IMG/VR virus record: IMGVR_UViG_3300025902_000010
Coordinates: 1-35,141 of that record
Length of the DNA: 35,141 bases
Source of the DNA: a virus
Reading direction: 5' to 3' (one strand)
Below the pieces are notes generated by a model. The model ran no database searches and was not told where the DNA came from. It worked only from the letters and a program-made list of their open reading frames with translations. Shown one piece after another: positions 1 through 7,956 of the stretch (the stretch's first letter is position 1; every line of letters starts with the position of its first letter). The position numbers were made by a program, and so were the translations under genes.

Positions 1-276
1 TGGCCAATATTCGGCTTTGCAATGGTCGGGATTCCAGCCGTGATCGCCTTGCTGGTCAATGCGTGTTTCTGGCCAATATTCGGCTTTGCAATGGTCGGGA
101 TTCCAGCCGTGATCGCCTTGCTGGTCAGCGCGTGTTTCTGCCCGATGGTTGGCTGTTCAAGTGTTGGTACACCAACCTCAATCGTCTTGCTTGTTAGCGC
201 GTGCTTTTCAGCGATTGTTGGCTTTCCAATCGTTGGCGTGCCGCAAGTGATCGCCTGCGCCGTCAGTTCGTCCGCA
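1..276. repeat. 69-bp (23-codon) tandem repeat array, left-edge part (units 1-69, 70-138, 139-207, 208-276)
   Basis: Units 1 and 2 differ at 2 of 69 positions; units 3-4 are diverged. The array is coding and in frame (xALTSKAITxGxPTIxKPxIGQKH). nt 1-95 are identical to 35047-35141. Confidence 0.9.
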
Positions 277-791
277 CTAGAACCTTCCGTGTAGTATACG
301 GTTATGCGTATATGATCGACATAAGCCTGCGCCATCACCTTACCAGCAGGGACAAGCTTGACCTGCAGGACGACCCCAAAATCAGAACCGTTTATTTGCG
401 ATACCGTTGGCGTCAATCCCCATTTATCGGATGATCCGCCATAAGAAGAATACGTGAATGACGATGGCCATTTTGTACTTGTGGCGGCGTAATTTGACCC
501 TGTTACGCTGCCGCCGACAACGAGCTTGACCTCGTTATCGTAAATGGTGTCTAGTGCCGCTCTTTTTTTATAAATTTCTACTTTAATCCCGTCAATGGTC
601 GCACCAGAAGGGATTGAAAATCCGAAATTCGTTGCCTTTAGATAATGTGTATATTTAGTGGAGCTAGAAGCCGAGGAACCTGCGTAATCGCCATCGTTAT
701 ATTTTGCATATTGAGGAGTATACCAAGTCTCAGTCCCGACAGCGCTATCGTCTACAACGGTACCTGGATCGTATGGGCCTACGCTCGCCAT
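1..791 (-). CDS. N-terminal part of a wrap-around gene: about 170-aa beta-rich (lectin-like?) domain followed by 23-aa tandem repeats; continues at 35141..34719
   Basis: ATG at 791-789 overlaps the TAG of the upstream gene (ATGGCGAGCGTAG). My hand translation of 791->1 is stop-free (MASVGPYDPGTVVDDSAVGTETWYTPQYAKYNDGDY...HIRITVYYTEGSSADELTAQAITCGTPTIGKPTIAEKHALTSK...). It leaves the left edge in the same frame as the ORF that is open at the right edge. It is absent from the ORF track because it has no stop inside the window. Confidence 0.75.
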   Translation of the reverse strand, partial: MASVGPYDPGTVVDDSAVGTETWYTPQYAKYNDGDYAGSSASSSTKYTHYLKATNFGFSIPSGATIDGIKVEIYKKRAALDTIYDNEVKLVVGGSVTGSNYAATSTKWPSSFTYSSYGGSSDKWGLTPTVSQINGSDFGVVLQVKLVPAGKVMAQAYVDHIRITVYYTEGSSADELTAQAITCGTPTIGKPTIAEKHALTSKTIEVGVPTLEQPTIGQKHALTSKAITAGIPTIAKPNIGQKHALTSKAITAGIPTIAKPNIG

Positions 792-1363
792 TTGCCGCCA
801 TCCAATCTAGAACGATATAACGCCTCGGTTACGCACTCCGCAGCCTTCGCAGCGTCAATTTTCCAGCCGGCTTTCACAAGTTTTTCAAACTCCACCAATG
901 GCTGTTTGACCACATCTTCATACTGAAGGATAATCGCGTCAACGTCTCCGCGTGCCAGTAAGCGCCTATTTAGCTCCGATAAAATCGGCGTGTATAAATA
1001 GGTGATAGTCTCGTTAATTCCCCACGACCTGCCAGGCGTGAACGCAGCCATGCTCTTTCTGATCTCTGCTGGATTCCTCTGCATAAATACCAATTTATAT
1101 TGATGCTTTGGCAGTTTCAATAATTTTTGGTATGGGCATTTGACGAGCTTCCCATCATATTCCTCTACGAAGTCAGGTCGCGCAAACTCGCCGTAATCCA
1201 GCGCATAAAATCCGTTCTGGTTCGGAAGGTATTCGCCGCGCCCATATAGAACATTCATGTTTTCCTGACTGTTATCATAGACCGCCGGCATACCACCTGC
1301 GATTAAGCAGCGCATCATCATGCTGCTTCCCGACCTGTTGAAACTGCTAACCAGATAGATCAT
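779..1363 (-). CDS. sulfotransferase-like enzyme (194 aa)
   Basis: N-terminal SSFNRSGSSMMMRCL resembles the 5'-phosphosulfate-binding loop (RSG[ST][ST]-type). MQRNPAEIRKSM resembles the RxPxDxxxS 3'-phosphate motif of bacterial sulfotransferases. Start and stop overlap the neighbouring genes. Confidence 0.5.
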   Translation of the reverse strand: MIYLVSSFNRSGSSMMMRCLIAGGMPAVYDNSQENMNVLYGRGEYLPNQNGFYALDYGEFARPDFVEEYDGKLVKCPYQKLLKLPKHQYKLVFMQRNPAEIRKSMAAFTPGRSWGINETITYLYTPILSELNRRLLARGDVDAIILQYEDVVKQPLVEFEKLVKAGWKIDAAKAAECVTEALYRSRLDGGKWRA

Positions 1364-1773
1364 TCGATGAACAAATCCAAATACTCTGCTTTGAAATTAT
1401 TGATTAACCACGTTTTCAACGAGGTAAACGCCTCGTGGGTTTCAGCCAGGATGCCCATTCTCATCGCCTGTTGAGCAGCTCCGAATTTACGTAACTGACT
1501 TTCGTACAATGCGCGTGCTTCGTCAACGACGGGTTTTTTCGTTTCTGCTAGAGACGTGTCAACCAATCCGACTTTGATATTTCCGGCAAACGCGGCGAGC
1601 GCATCCAGTTCAGCGCAGCGTCTTTTGGCTTCTTCGAGAATCCAATCATCTCTTTGCGCGCATTTTGTCTCCATTGTCTCGGTATGGGATTTAACCCCAT
1701 CCGAATATTGCAGCGTGACCAGCAGTTTGCCGTTTACGATTACCTTTTCTTTCACTTCAGCTTGATATGACAT
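1360..1773 (-). CDS. hypothetical protein (137 aa)
   Basis: ORF track. ATGA overlap with the downstream gene; no recognisable motif. Confidence 0.7.
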   Translation of the reverse strand: MSYQAEVKEKVIVNGKLLVTLQYSDGVKSHTETMETKCAQRDDWILEEAKRRCAELDALAAFAGNIKVGLVDTSLAETKKPVVDEARALYESQLRKFGAAQQAMRMGILAETHEAFTSLKTWLINNFKAEYLDLFIE

Positions 1774-1782
1774 TGATCCTCC

Positions 1783-2154
1783 TTACGCCGTTGGATCAGG
1801 AATAGCAATGATAAACTCGGTCAGCGTGAATGTGTTCCCGCTGGTCACCGATTGACTGGCATTTAGCGCCTGCGTAGCGTAGAGCGTGTCACTGCCGTTA
1901 GTGATGGCGAAATATGCCGCCGTTCCTGACGCCGATACAACGCCGTCCGTAATGGCTGCGACAGTCAGCTTGCGCCCGCTGGTGTGGTCTGCTGGACCAG
2001 TATAACCGGGAGACGACTTATACCCCAGCTGGTAGGTCGATGATGCCTGCGTGTATGTGGTTGGCTGTGAGCTGCAAATATGCAGTTTGCTGCCACTGTT
2101 TTTGATGACGTTCAGTGCCGCGTCCAGTACTCCGTCTGATAATGTTGCTGCCAT
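1783..2154 (-). CDS. 123-aa protein, paralog A of the gene at 19656..20027
   Basis: Same length as 19656..20027 and roughly 40-45% identical by hand alignment. Shared blocks: DAALN, ICxxxPxTY, GRKxT, AITDGxVSASGTA, TFTLTE, PDP. Confidence 0.75.
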   Translation of the reverse strand: MAATLSDGVLDAALNVIKNSGSKLHICSSQPTTYTQASSTYQLGYKSSPGYTGPADHTSGRKLTVAAITDGVVSASGTAAYFAITNGSDTLYATQALNASQSVTSGNTFTLTEFIIAIPDPTA

Positions 2155-2157
2155 AAT

Positions 2158-3882
2158 TTAGCTCCTGTCTATTGAGGTTATTTCGCCTCTGGAATTTCTA
2201 TGCACGACCAATTTGCCTTCCTTTTCAGGAACGTTCACGTTCACTGTTGGCGGTTCCTGCTGTGGAACGGATACATTCACCACCGGAGCAGGAACAGTGA
2301 CGTTGATAGGCTGCTCTGGTATGTTCACCACCGGCGCCGCCACGTTCACAATCGGAACGGGTTGCTCTGGAACGTTGACATTGACAATTGGCGCCGGCTG
2401 TTCTGGAACGGTAATGTTAATCTGTGGCATGTCCATTTTGAATACTCTCCCCGCCGGTTTCTGTTCCGGATCCGGTTCAGGTTCTGCTTTCACCGCTTCA
2501 ATAGCGTTTCGCAGTTCGAAAAGCAAATCCGCCATGCCGCTGTGTTCATACGTGCCATCGAATACGCTCTTGACCTCTTCCTCGTCATGGCACAGTTTCA
2601 ACGCCTCATGAATCTCCGCCTGCATTCCCGCCGGTATGATCTCGCTCTCGAATGAGCAGTCCGCCGCTTTGCCGTCCTTCACCCTCTTCAGCGCTTTCTT
2701 TTGCCACTTTCCCAATTCATCATCAAGCGGATTAGGCGCCGGTTCCTGTGCCTCTGGTGCTACGCTGATAATCGGTTCAGGTTCAGGCTTCGGTGCCAGT
2801 GGATCAACCCCTTCAGGTACATCAATGCCCAGCATTTCAATGACCACGAGTGGATTAAGACCGGCATTGACATAAGTTGCGAATGCGTTCGCCCGCTCTA
2901 CCTCATCCTCCTGGAAAATGTCCATTTCGTCAAAGGCAAATTCAAATTCCATCCCCATGGCATTGAGCAATTGCCGGTTCAACGCGGACTCAAGCAACCT
3001 TGCGCGTGGTCTGATAACATCCTGCCAGAAGCCCATGCGGTGCGAGTCGGCTGAAGCGTAGTTGTCGTCACCCATAAACATTGTCACTGGAATACCAAAG
3101 GCGTTAGCGATACTCGAGGTCGCTTGCTGGTAAAGTTCCGGCATGGTCATCTTGTCGAGGTCTTGACTGACAACTTCAGGGGTTAGTTTTGTCCTCGTGG
3201 CCAGCACGCGCCAGGCGTTGCCGACTCCGCTTGCTAACTTGCTAAAGAAGTTTTGAATCCGTTTTGTTTCATCCTCTACCAGTGTGCCATCGGCTGAAAT
3301 GAGGATGATCGGCATTGCGCCGTTCTCGAAGAATCTGCTTGCAAACCGCGTCTGGAAGTTCATCAGCGCCGCGTCGTTGAGGCACGCCTGCACCGTCGAG
3401 TTTCCGCTTGTCATGTCATCGGAGTATGAAAACTCCTTGATGTAAATAATGTCCGACTCCGGCCATACCTTTCCCGCCTGCGAGAAGGTAAGCCCGTACG
3501 CCGCGTCGTAATGCACGGCAACTGTGAAGGGGTTGAGCCGTTGCAGGTCAAGTATTCGCACCTTGTTGCGGAGTTTCAGGATGGTTGCGATTCCAGCCCC
3601 AAGCAGGTCGGCTTCGGTCTTCCAAATCAAATCCCGCATCTCACACGGGAACGGCCAGTCGACTTCCGTTTCCCCCTTGTAGATGTGGATAGGCACGCTC
3701 GAAATAGCGTCGCATCTCATCTTGACCGCGCGGTAAATAAGCGGGACTTGCGAGTACGCCTCTGCTACCGAACTAATCGAATTGGTAAAGTTGCCCGCGT
3801 CCGCCAATGCCTGCTGTTGCCAGGCTGGAAGCGTGACCAGCGCCTTCGTTGCTTTTTGCATGGTTGATAATTTCATAATCAC
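2158..3882 (-). CDS. portal protein (574 aa) with repetitive C-terminal extension
   Basis: Lies directly after TerL (ATGA overlap at 3879-3882). Size and HK97-type portal N-region (SQVPLIYRAVKMRCDAISSVPIHIY) fit. The C-terminus carries VNVxVPEQPxP repeats. Confidence 0.85.
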   Translation of the reverse strand: MIMKLSTMQKATKALVTLPAWQQQALADAGNFTNSISSVAEAYSQVPLIYRAVKMRCDAISSVPIHIYKGETEVDWPFPCEMRDLIWKTEADLLGAGIATILKLRNKVRILDLQRLNPFTVAVHYDAAYGLTFSQAGKVWPESDIIYIKEFSYSDDMTSGNSTVQACLNDAALMNFQTRFASRFFENGAMPIILISADGTLVEDETKRIQNFFSKLASGVGNAWRVLATRTKLTPEVVSQDLDKMTMPELYQQATSSIANAFGIPVTMFMGDDNYASADSHRMGFWQDVIRPRARLLESALNRQLLNAMGMEFEFAFDEMDIFQEDEVERANAFATYVNAGLNPLVVIEMLGIDVPEGVDPLAPKPEPEPIISVAPEAQEPAPNPLDDELGKWQKKALKRVKDGKAADCSFESEIIPAGMQAEIHEALKLCHDEEEVKSVFDGTYEHSGMADLLFELRNAIEAVKAEPEPDPEQKPAGRVFKMDMPQINITVPEQPAPIVNVNVPEQPVPIVNVAAPVVNIPEQPINVTVPAPVVNVSVPQQEPPTVNVNVPEKEGKLVVHRNSRGEITSIDRS

Positions 3883-5075
3883 GCTCCGAATAGAATCACG
3901 GGTTGCGCCCTATCTACCGCGTACCAGGCGAGGGCAAGTGACATGACACAATCGTCGTGCTGCCCTTCCGGCGCGCTGTAGGTAAAATTCCCGCTGTTTG
4001 TCTTTTTGCTCTCAAAACTCAAGAGTTCCCCCACTAATACGGGATCGTCAATAATCTTTATCTGGCCGTGTTCAAACGCGGATTGCAGGCTCTGGATAAT
4101 GCCGTGCTTCGTTGCGTTGGTCGTGGTGAACGGCTGAATATTCATGCCCCTGTTTTGCAGGTGGTCAATGACTCCCTGCCCGATCGAGTTCGCCTCGATC
4201 ACCATGCCGGTTAGTCCCCACTTCGCATAACACGCCGCGATCCTGTCCTCGAGCACCGGGTAATCCACACGGTTGAAGCGGTCAATGGCGACCATCTCTT
4301 TTGTCTGCGCGTCGAGTACGGTGATAACCGTGTAATCCACGCTTGCCGCCACGTCTACCCCTCCCACGTACTGCCCCGGCTGTGGCTCTCGCGGTTCAAG
4401 GCGTGCCGCGTCGTGTACCCGCCGGAAGACAGCGCCCTCACTATCCACAAACTCCGCCAGGTATTCCTGCCTGAAAATGATCTCCGGCAATTCAGCCCGC
4501 GCCGCTTCGATCTCACCCGCAGGCATAAACGGGTTCGCGCTTGTCGGGTAGGTGAACGATGACCAATCCGGCTCTACTCCACCCTTGCGGTGAATATCCC
4601 AAAACCAGTTACGCCCGCGCGGGGTCGAGATGAACAGCGCCCTCCCTAACCTGTCTGACAACGCCGGTCTAATTGCCTCTATCCACGCCTCCGGCATAAT
4701 GTACGCCGCTTCATCCATCACAACGAAATCAAGCCCTTCACCGCGTAGCGCGTCCGGGTTGTCAGCCGATCTAACAGCCACAAGCCCGCCGCCGGGTATA
4801 ACGACTTCCCTCTCCGCCTTTCGTATCACAGCGCCGGGAATCCGGCTCGCCATTTGCCGGAGGGGTCGCCAGCCCACGTTGCTCATTTTGTAAGTCGGGC
4901 TGATCCACCAGGCGCGCTTTCCCTCGTTCGCAACCGCTAAGCATTCGAGGACTGCCAGCCGCGTCTTACCGAACCTACGCCCCGCAGATACCACCCGGAA
5001 ACGGGAATCGCACGAGTTGATAATGTACTGCGCGTGATGTAACTCGAAAGTAGCGTCAATCAGTATCACCCTCAA
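3879..5075 (-). CDS. terL: terminase large subunit (398 aa)
   Basis: Walker A GRRFGKTR and Walker B DFVVMDEAA, with a C-terminal nuclease half. Located between TerS and portal. The annotated start is TTG; GTG at 5069 is an alternative. Confidence 0.9.
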   Translation of the reverse strand: MRVILIDATFELHHAQYIINSCDSRFRVVSAGRRFGKTRLAVLECLAVANEGKRAWWISPTYKMSNVGWRPLRQMASRIPGAVIRKAEREVVIPGGGLVAVRSADNPDALRGEGLDFVVMDEAAYIMPEAWIEAIRPALSDRLGRALFISTPRGRNWFWDIHRKGGVEPDWSSFTYPTSANPFMPAGEIEAARAELPEIIFRQEYLAEFVDSEGAVFRRVHDAARLEPREPQPGQYVGGVDVAASVDYTVITVLDAQTKEMVAIDRFNRVDYPVLEDRIAACYAKWGLTGMVIEANSIGQGVIDHLQNRGMNIQPFTTTNATKHGIIQSLQSAFEHGQIKIIDDPVLVGELLSFESKKTNSGNFTYSAPEGQHDDCVMSLALAWYAVDRAQPVILFGA

Positions 5076-5397
5076 CGTCTACCCAGCGAATATTCATCGG
5101 CTTTCCATCCGCCCCCGTGACCTCCTGCCGCTCGACGTAACCGCGATTCTTGCCAAGCGATTTCAGCGTGAGCGTGACCGCCCACGGCTCGCCGTTCATC
5201 ACCGCCTGCTCAAGTTTCAGTTCCGCCTTGTCAATAAGTTTGCCGCGATACGAGTCAATAACATCCTGTACGTGCGCGTTCTTTTCAGCCCTGCGGTAAA
5301 TCGTATGAGGTGAACATCCAAGCGCGTTCGCGGCAAGGTAAATCATGCCGTGAGTTTCTTCCAGCGCCTTGATGATGTCCTCTGTACGGTATGCCAT
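5056..5397 (-). CDS. terS: terminase small subunit (113 aa), HTH type
   Basis: Immediately upstream of and overlapping terL. N-terminal HTH (IYLAANALGCSPHTIYRRAEKN) and a WAVTLTLKSLGKNRGYVERQE segment typical of small terminases. Confidence 0.6.
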   Translation of the reverse strand: MAYRTEDIIKALEETHGMIYLAANALGCSPHTIYRRAEKNAHVQDVIDSYRGKLIDKAELKLEQAVMNGEPWAVTLTLKSLGKNRGYVERQEVTGADGKPMNIRWVDVEGDTD

Positions 5398-6051
5398 TTA
5401 TGTCACTTCACTTTCAAGGAGCGGACGGGTCGGACTTGCACCGCCAGTTTCCCGATTGGAGTCGGGTGCGTTATCGATTTCGCCTCGTCCGCGCTTTGGA
5501 TATGGTTGTCTAAGTGGTTCAATTTGTTTTTTCATTTCGTTATCAAGCGGATAAAGATATTTATGTTTTGCTGGCGCTTTTCTTTTCGGATATCCCGACA
5601 TTCGATTAGCGTGAACATCGTTTCTCCACCGACCGTTAATAAGCATTTGCTGAACTATACTAACCCCAACATAAACCCAATTAGACGCCTGATAAATACC
5701 CCCCAAGTGTCCTTGCTCTGTATCCGCAAAAGAAACAAGTAAACGTAAACTTGGGTTTTTGTTGACAATCATTTTTATTGACCTTGCTATCATCTTAGTA
5801 ACCGGATTTTCATGTTCCCTTAAGGAAATTCTTTTTAGTTCTGTGACTTCAGTTTGTTTTAATCCAAACAAAGAACCCAAGTGCGGACTAATTGAATACC
5901 CATAAATAAACGAACCAATATATTTGTCATTTTCCCAAACGCCTATATAATTATTTCTTCCGCTCGGCATTCTCTTTGAATAATGCCAATGCTCAACTGC
6001 ATATTTAGCCGCCTCGTGGCTACACCAATCAAGGTGTAAACTCATGTCCAC
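5398..6051 (-). CDS. GNAT-fold, Mom-like acyltransferase candidate (217 aa); possible DNA-modification enzyme
   Basis: EHWHYSKRMP...IGVWENDKYIGSFIYG...LVSFADTEQGHLGGIYQASNWVYVG matches my memory of the phage Mom / Mom-like family pattern (HHYS..., SFAD..GH.G.IY.A.NW.Y.G). No DPPY/NPPY methyltransferase motif. Not verified by search. Confidence 0.45.
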   Translation of the reverse strand: MDMSLHLDWCSHEAAKYAVEHWHYSKRMPSGRNNYIGVWENDKYIGSFIYGYSISPHLGSLFGLKQTEVTELKRISLREHENPVTKMIARSIKMIVNKNPSLRLLVSFADTEQGHLGGIYQASNWVYVGVSIVQQMLINGRWRNDVHANRMSGYPKRKAPAKHKYLYPLDNEMKKQIEPLRQPYPKRGRGEIDNAPDSNRETGGASPTRPLLESEVT

Positions 6052-6541
6052 ACTCCGGGCAAATAACCTTTTTCTTTTGGTCTAACCTGACCTGTTCGTC
6101 AATTCCAACTGGCTCAAAGTCAGGCGGTATGATTCCCTCTTTAGTCGCTATCTCACTAATAAGCGCCTGCACCTGCTCATTATCAGACTGTATCCCCCGC
6201 ATCAAATCATCCAGCTTCGCCCTGTCTGTTGCCGCCATAGCGGCTATCGGGTCAAGCGTTGACAGCACCAGCGCCTCCTCTTCCTCGCTCAAGTCAACGT
6301 ATTTCACGGGGATGGTCTTAGTGCCTTCCCTTGCCGCTAACTGACAGCGTAAATGCCCGTCCACGAGGTGACCGGTTCGCTGGTTGATAATGACTTCCTG
6401 CACCCAGCCGACTTCTTCGAGTACGCCCTTGAGCGCGTTCTGCTGGTTAAGCGGATGCACCCGCCAATTACGCGGGTTAAAAAGTATTTGGTCAAGCGGT
6501 TCAACGCCTGACCCTATGATGCGGTTTTTATACTCCGTCAA
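6029..6541 (-). CDS. ParB-like nuclease domain protein with C-terminal zinc ribbon (170 aa)
   Basis: PLDQILFNPRNWRVHP...VIINQRTGHLVDGHLRCQLA is a ParB N-terminal (ParBc) signature. C-terminal CPECGHEF. Confidence 0.75.
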   Translation of the reverse strand: MTEYKNRIIGSGVEPLDQILFNPRNWRVHPLNQQNALKGVLEEVGWVQEVIINQRTGHLVDGHLRCQLAAREGTKTIPVKYVDLSEEEEALVLSTLDPIAAMAATDRAKLDDLMRGIQSDNEQVQALISEIATKEGIIPPDFEPVGIDEQVRLDQKKKVICPECGHEFTP

Positions 6542-6727
6542 CTATCCAACTCCCCCGCCCGCCTTCTCACCGGCGTCCTCGATGGCGATACCGGCAATCA
6601 CGACGCCAATCAGCGCGGCAATGGTCTGCCAGATTTCTTCCGGCACGTCAAAGTAAAACAACACAACCGCCTGAATAACACCGAACACCGCCAGCCAAAA
6701 CTTGCGTGATCTCAAAAGTCCTGCCAT
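6542..6727 (-). CDS. small membrane protein (61 aa)
   Basis: Two hydrophobic segments (FWLAVFGVIQAVVLFYF; IAALIGVVIAGIAI). TAATG overlap with the upstream gene. Confidence 0.6.
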   Translation of the reverse strand: MAGLLRSRKFWLAVFGVIQAVVLFYFDVPEEIWQTIAALIGVVIAGIAIEDAGEKAGGGVG

Positions 6728-6927
6728 TAGTACACTCCTAAATCTGTGAAAGTGATTTCGTGTTCATCAATACGGCGCTCTTGTCTGAGTTCACGTCTCA
6801 TGTCATTGACGTAGAATTTTAGCCATGCCGGCCACTCCGCCCTATCAGCGCCGTATATTGATAGACATTCAGCGCATAACTCGTTCTTTCCAACGATGTT
6901 TTTTCCGCATACGCATTTATGGTGCAT
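6727..6927 (-). CDS. small Cys-rich zinc-finger protein (66 aa)
   Basis: HKCVCGKN...CAEC motif. RBS GAGGA upstream of the ATG. Confidence 0.6.
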   Translation of the reverse strand: MHHKCVCGKNIVGKNELCAECLSIYGADRAEWPAWLKFYVNDMRRELRQERRIDEHEITFTDLGVY

Positions 6928-6963
6928 GATGTCCTCAATATCTATAAGGCACGAAATAGACGT

Positions 6964-7167
6964 TTAATCACAATATTCCCTGTAAAATCTTCGAAATTGC
7001 TTCATCCAGTTGCATATCGTGTTTCTATGAACCCCCAACGCGTCAGCCACCTCCTGCTGCGTGTACCCCCGCATAAACAGGAGCGCTGCCCTCCTGTGTG
7101 TTTCAGGGAGGGCAGCAAATACCAAGTCCATGTCAAACTTGAGTTCGCACTTTTCAACTTCCGTCAT
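6964..7167 (-). CDS. sigma-70 region-4-like / LuxR-type HTH protein (67 aa), candidate late-gene regulator
   Basis: LPETHRRAALLFMRGYTQQEVADALGVHRNTICNWM resembles sigma region 4.2 HTH. Confidence 0.55.
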   Translation of the reverse strand: MTEVEKCELKFDMDLVFAALPETHRRAALLFMRGYTQQEVADALGVHRNTICNWMKQFRRFYREYCD

Positions 7168-7427
7168 TCAGCCTCCGGCGGATTAGGTAATGGCATCCAA
7201 TGAGTGACGTAATCGTCATCGCACATCCAAACGGGCTCTCCGTTTTCTACCCGTAATAGTCTGTCTGTTAGATAATCGCTGTGGTCATCAAATAAAAGCA
7301 CTTCTACGCCAGCTTCCGGCAGTCTCTCGCTCACCGGAATCCATCCCGCCTTGAAATACTCCCCGCACTCCGCGCATTGAACATCCTCAAGCCGTGACGT
7401 GCCACACTTGCAAACGATTTCAGTCAT
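7164..7427 (-). CDS. DUF551-like protein (87 aa)
   Basis: WIPVSERLPE ... VTHWMPLPNPPE, a characteristic DUF551 pattern, plus an N-terminal CxxC..CxxC. Confidence 0.6.
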   Translation of the reverse strand: MTEIVCKCGTSRLEDVQCAECGEYFKAGWIPVSERLPEAGVEVLLFDDHSDYLTDRLLRVENGEPVWMCDDDYVTHWMPLPNPPEAE

Positions 7428-7636
7428 CAGATATAACCTCCGCTAATCAAATCATCCGCGTCCGCCTTGTATTCTTCTATCAGGCGTTCTTTATGCAGTT
7501 TCACAGATTGTCTTACCTGCTCCGCTGAATAATGGCAGTCACGCGCAATACTCTCAAACGACGCGCCCTTGTCATGCAGGTTGCCCCACCCCGCGTCACG
7601 CTGTCTATTCCACCATCCATACGCCTTGTATTTCAT
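7427..7636 (-). CDS. hypothetical protein (69 aa), possible HTH
   Basis: ORF track. TGATG overlap with the downstream gene. Confidence 0.6.
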   Translation of the reverse strand: MKYKAYGWWNRQRDAGWGNLHDKGASFESIARDCHYSAEQVRQSVKLHKERLIEEYKADADDLISGGYI

Positions 7637-7956
7637 TCATCACACCTCCCAAGATAATCACAGATCAGCCTGATGGCCGTGCCGTCCTCGACCATCTCAC
7701 GGTCAAACTGGTAGTACCTGTACCCCATCGCCTGCGCTCCGTTGGCCTTCTCGTAGTCGCGGTGTATTCCGGCGTAACTGGTATGCCCGCGTGACGCAAC
7801 GTGGGTCATGCCATTCACCTCCACAATGAGGCGCGATTCCGGCCAGCAAAAGTCAGCCAACCAGCGGCGGCTACTGTGAAAACGGTACTGCCGTTTCGGT
7901 TCGGGTACGTCGTGAGCGCGGAGTTCAAGCGCCAGCACATCTTCGAGTTCGCTCAT
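7633..7956 (-). CDS. DUF559 / Vsr-like PD-(D/E)XK endonuclease (107 aa from MSELEDV)
   Basis: RRWLADFCWPESRLIVEVNG...H...DYEKAN...GYRYYQF fits the DUF559 endonuclease pattern. I moved the start to the ATG at 7956, which forms an ATGA overlap with the 39-aa ORF upstream. Confidence 0.55.
   Translation of the reverse strand: MSELEDVLALELRAHDVPEPKRQYRFHSSRRWLADFCWPESRLIVEVNGMTHVASRGHTSYAGIHRDYEKANGAQAMGYRYYQFDREMVEDGTAIRLICDYLGRCDE

Noticed and set aside
1-276. The 69-bp tandem repeats considered as a possible CRISPR array or non-coding satellite.
   Set aside because: The units are directly adjacent with no spacers. The period is a multiple of 3. The array is in frame within a long ORF and encodes a coherent 23-aa peptide repeat.
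22-294. Plus-strand ORF (MVGIPAVIALLV... repeated), and the other plus-strand ORFs throughout the track, e.g. 2200..2655, 9450..9971 and 24595..25371 (258 aa).
   Set aside because: They are antisense shadows of long minus-strand genes (the repeat protein, portal, Lar-like gene and tape measure). They have low-complexity or Cys/Arg/Ser-rich compositions, lack RBSs, and would break the otherwise perfect single-strand operon layout.
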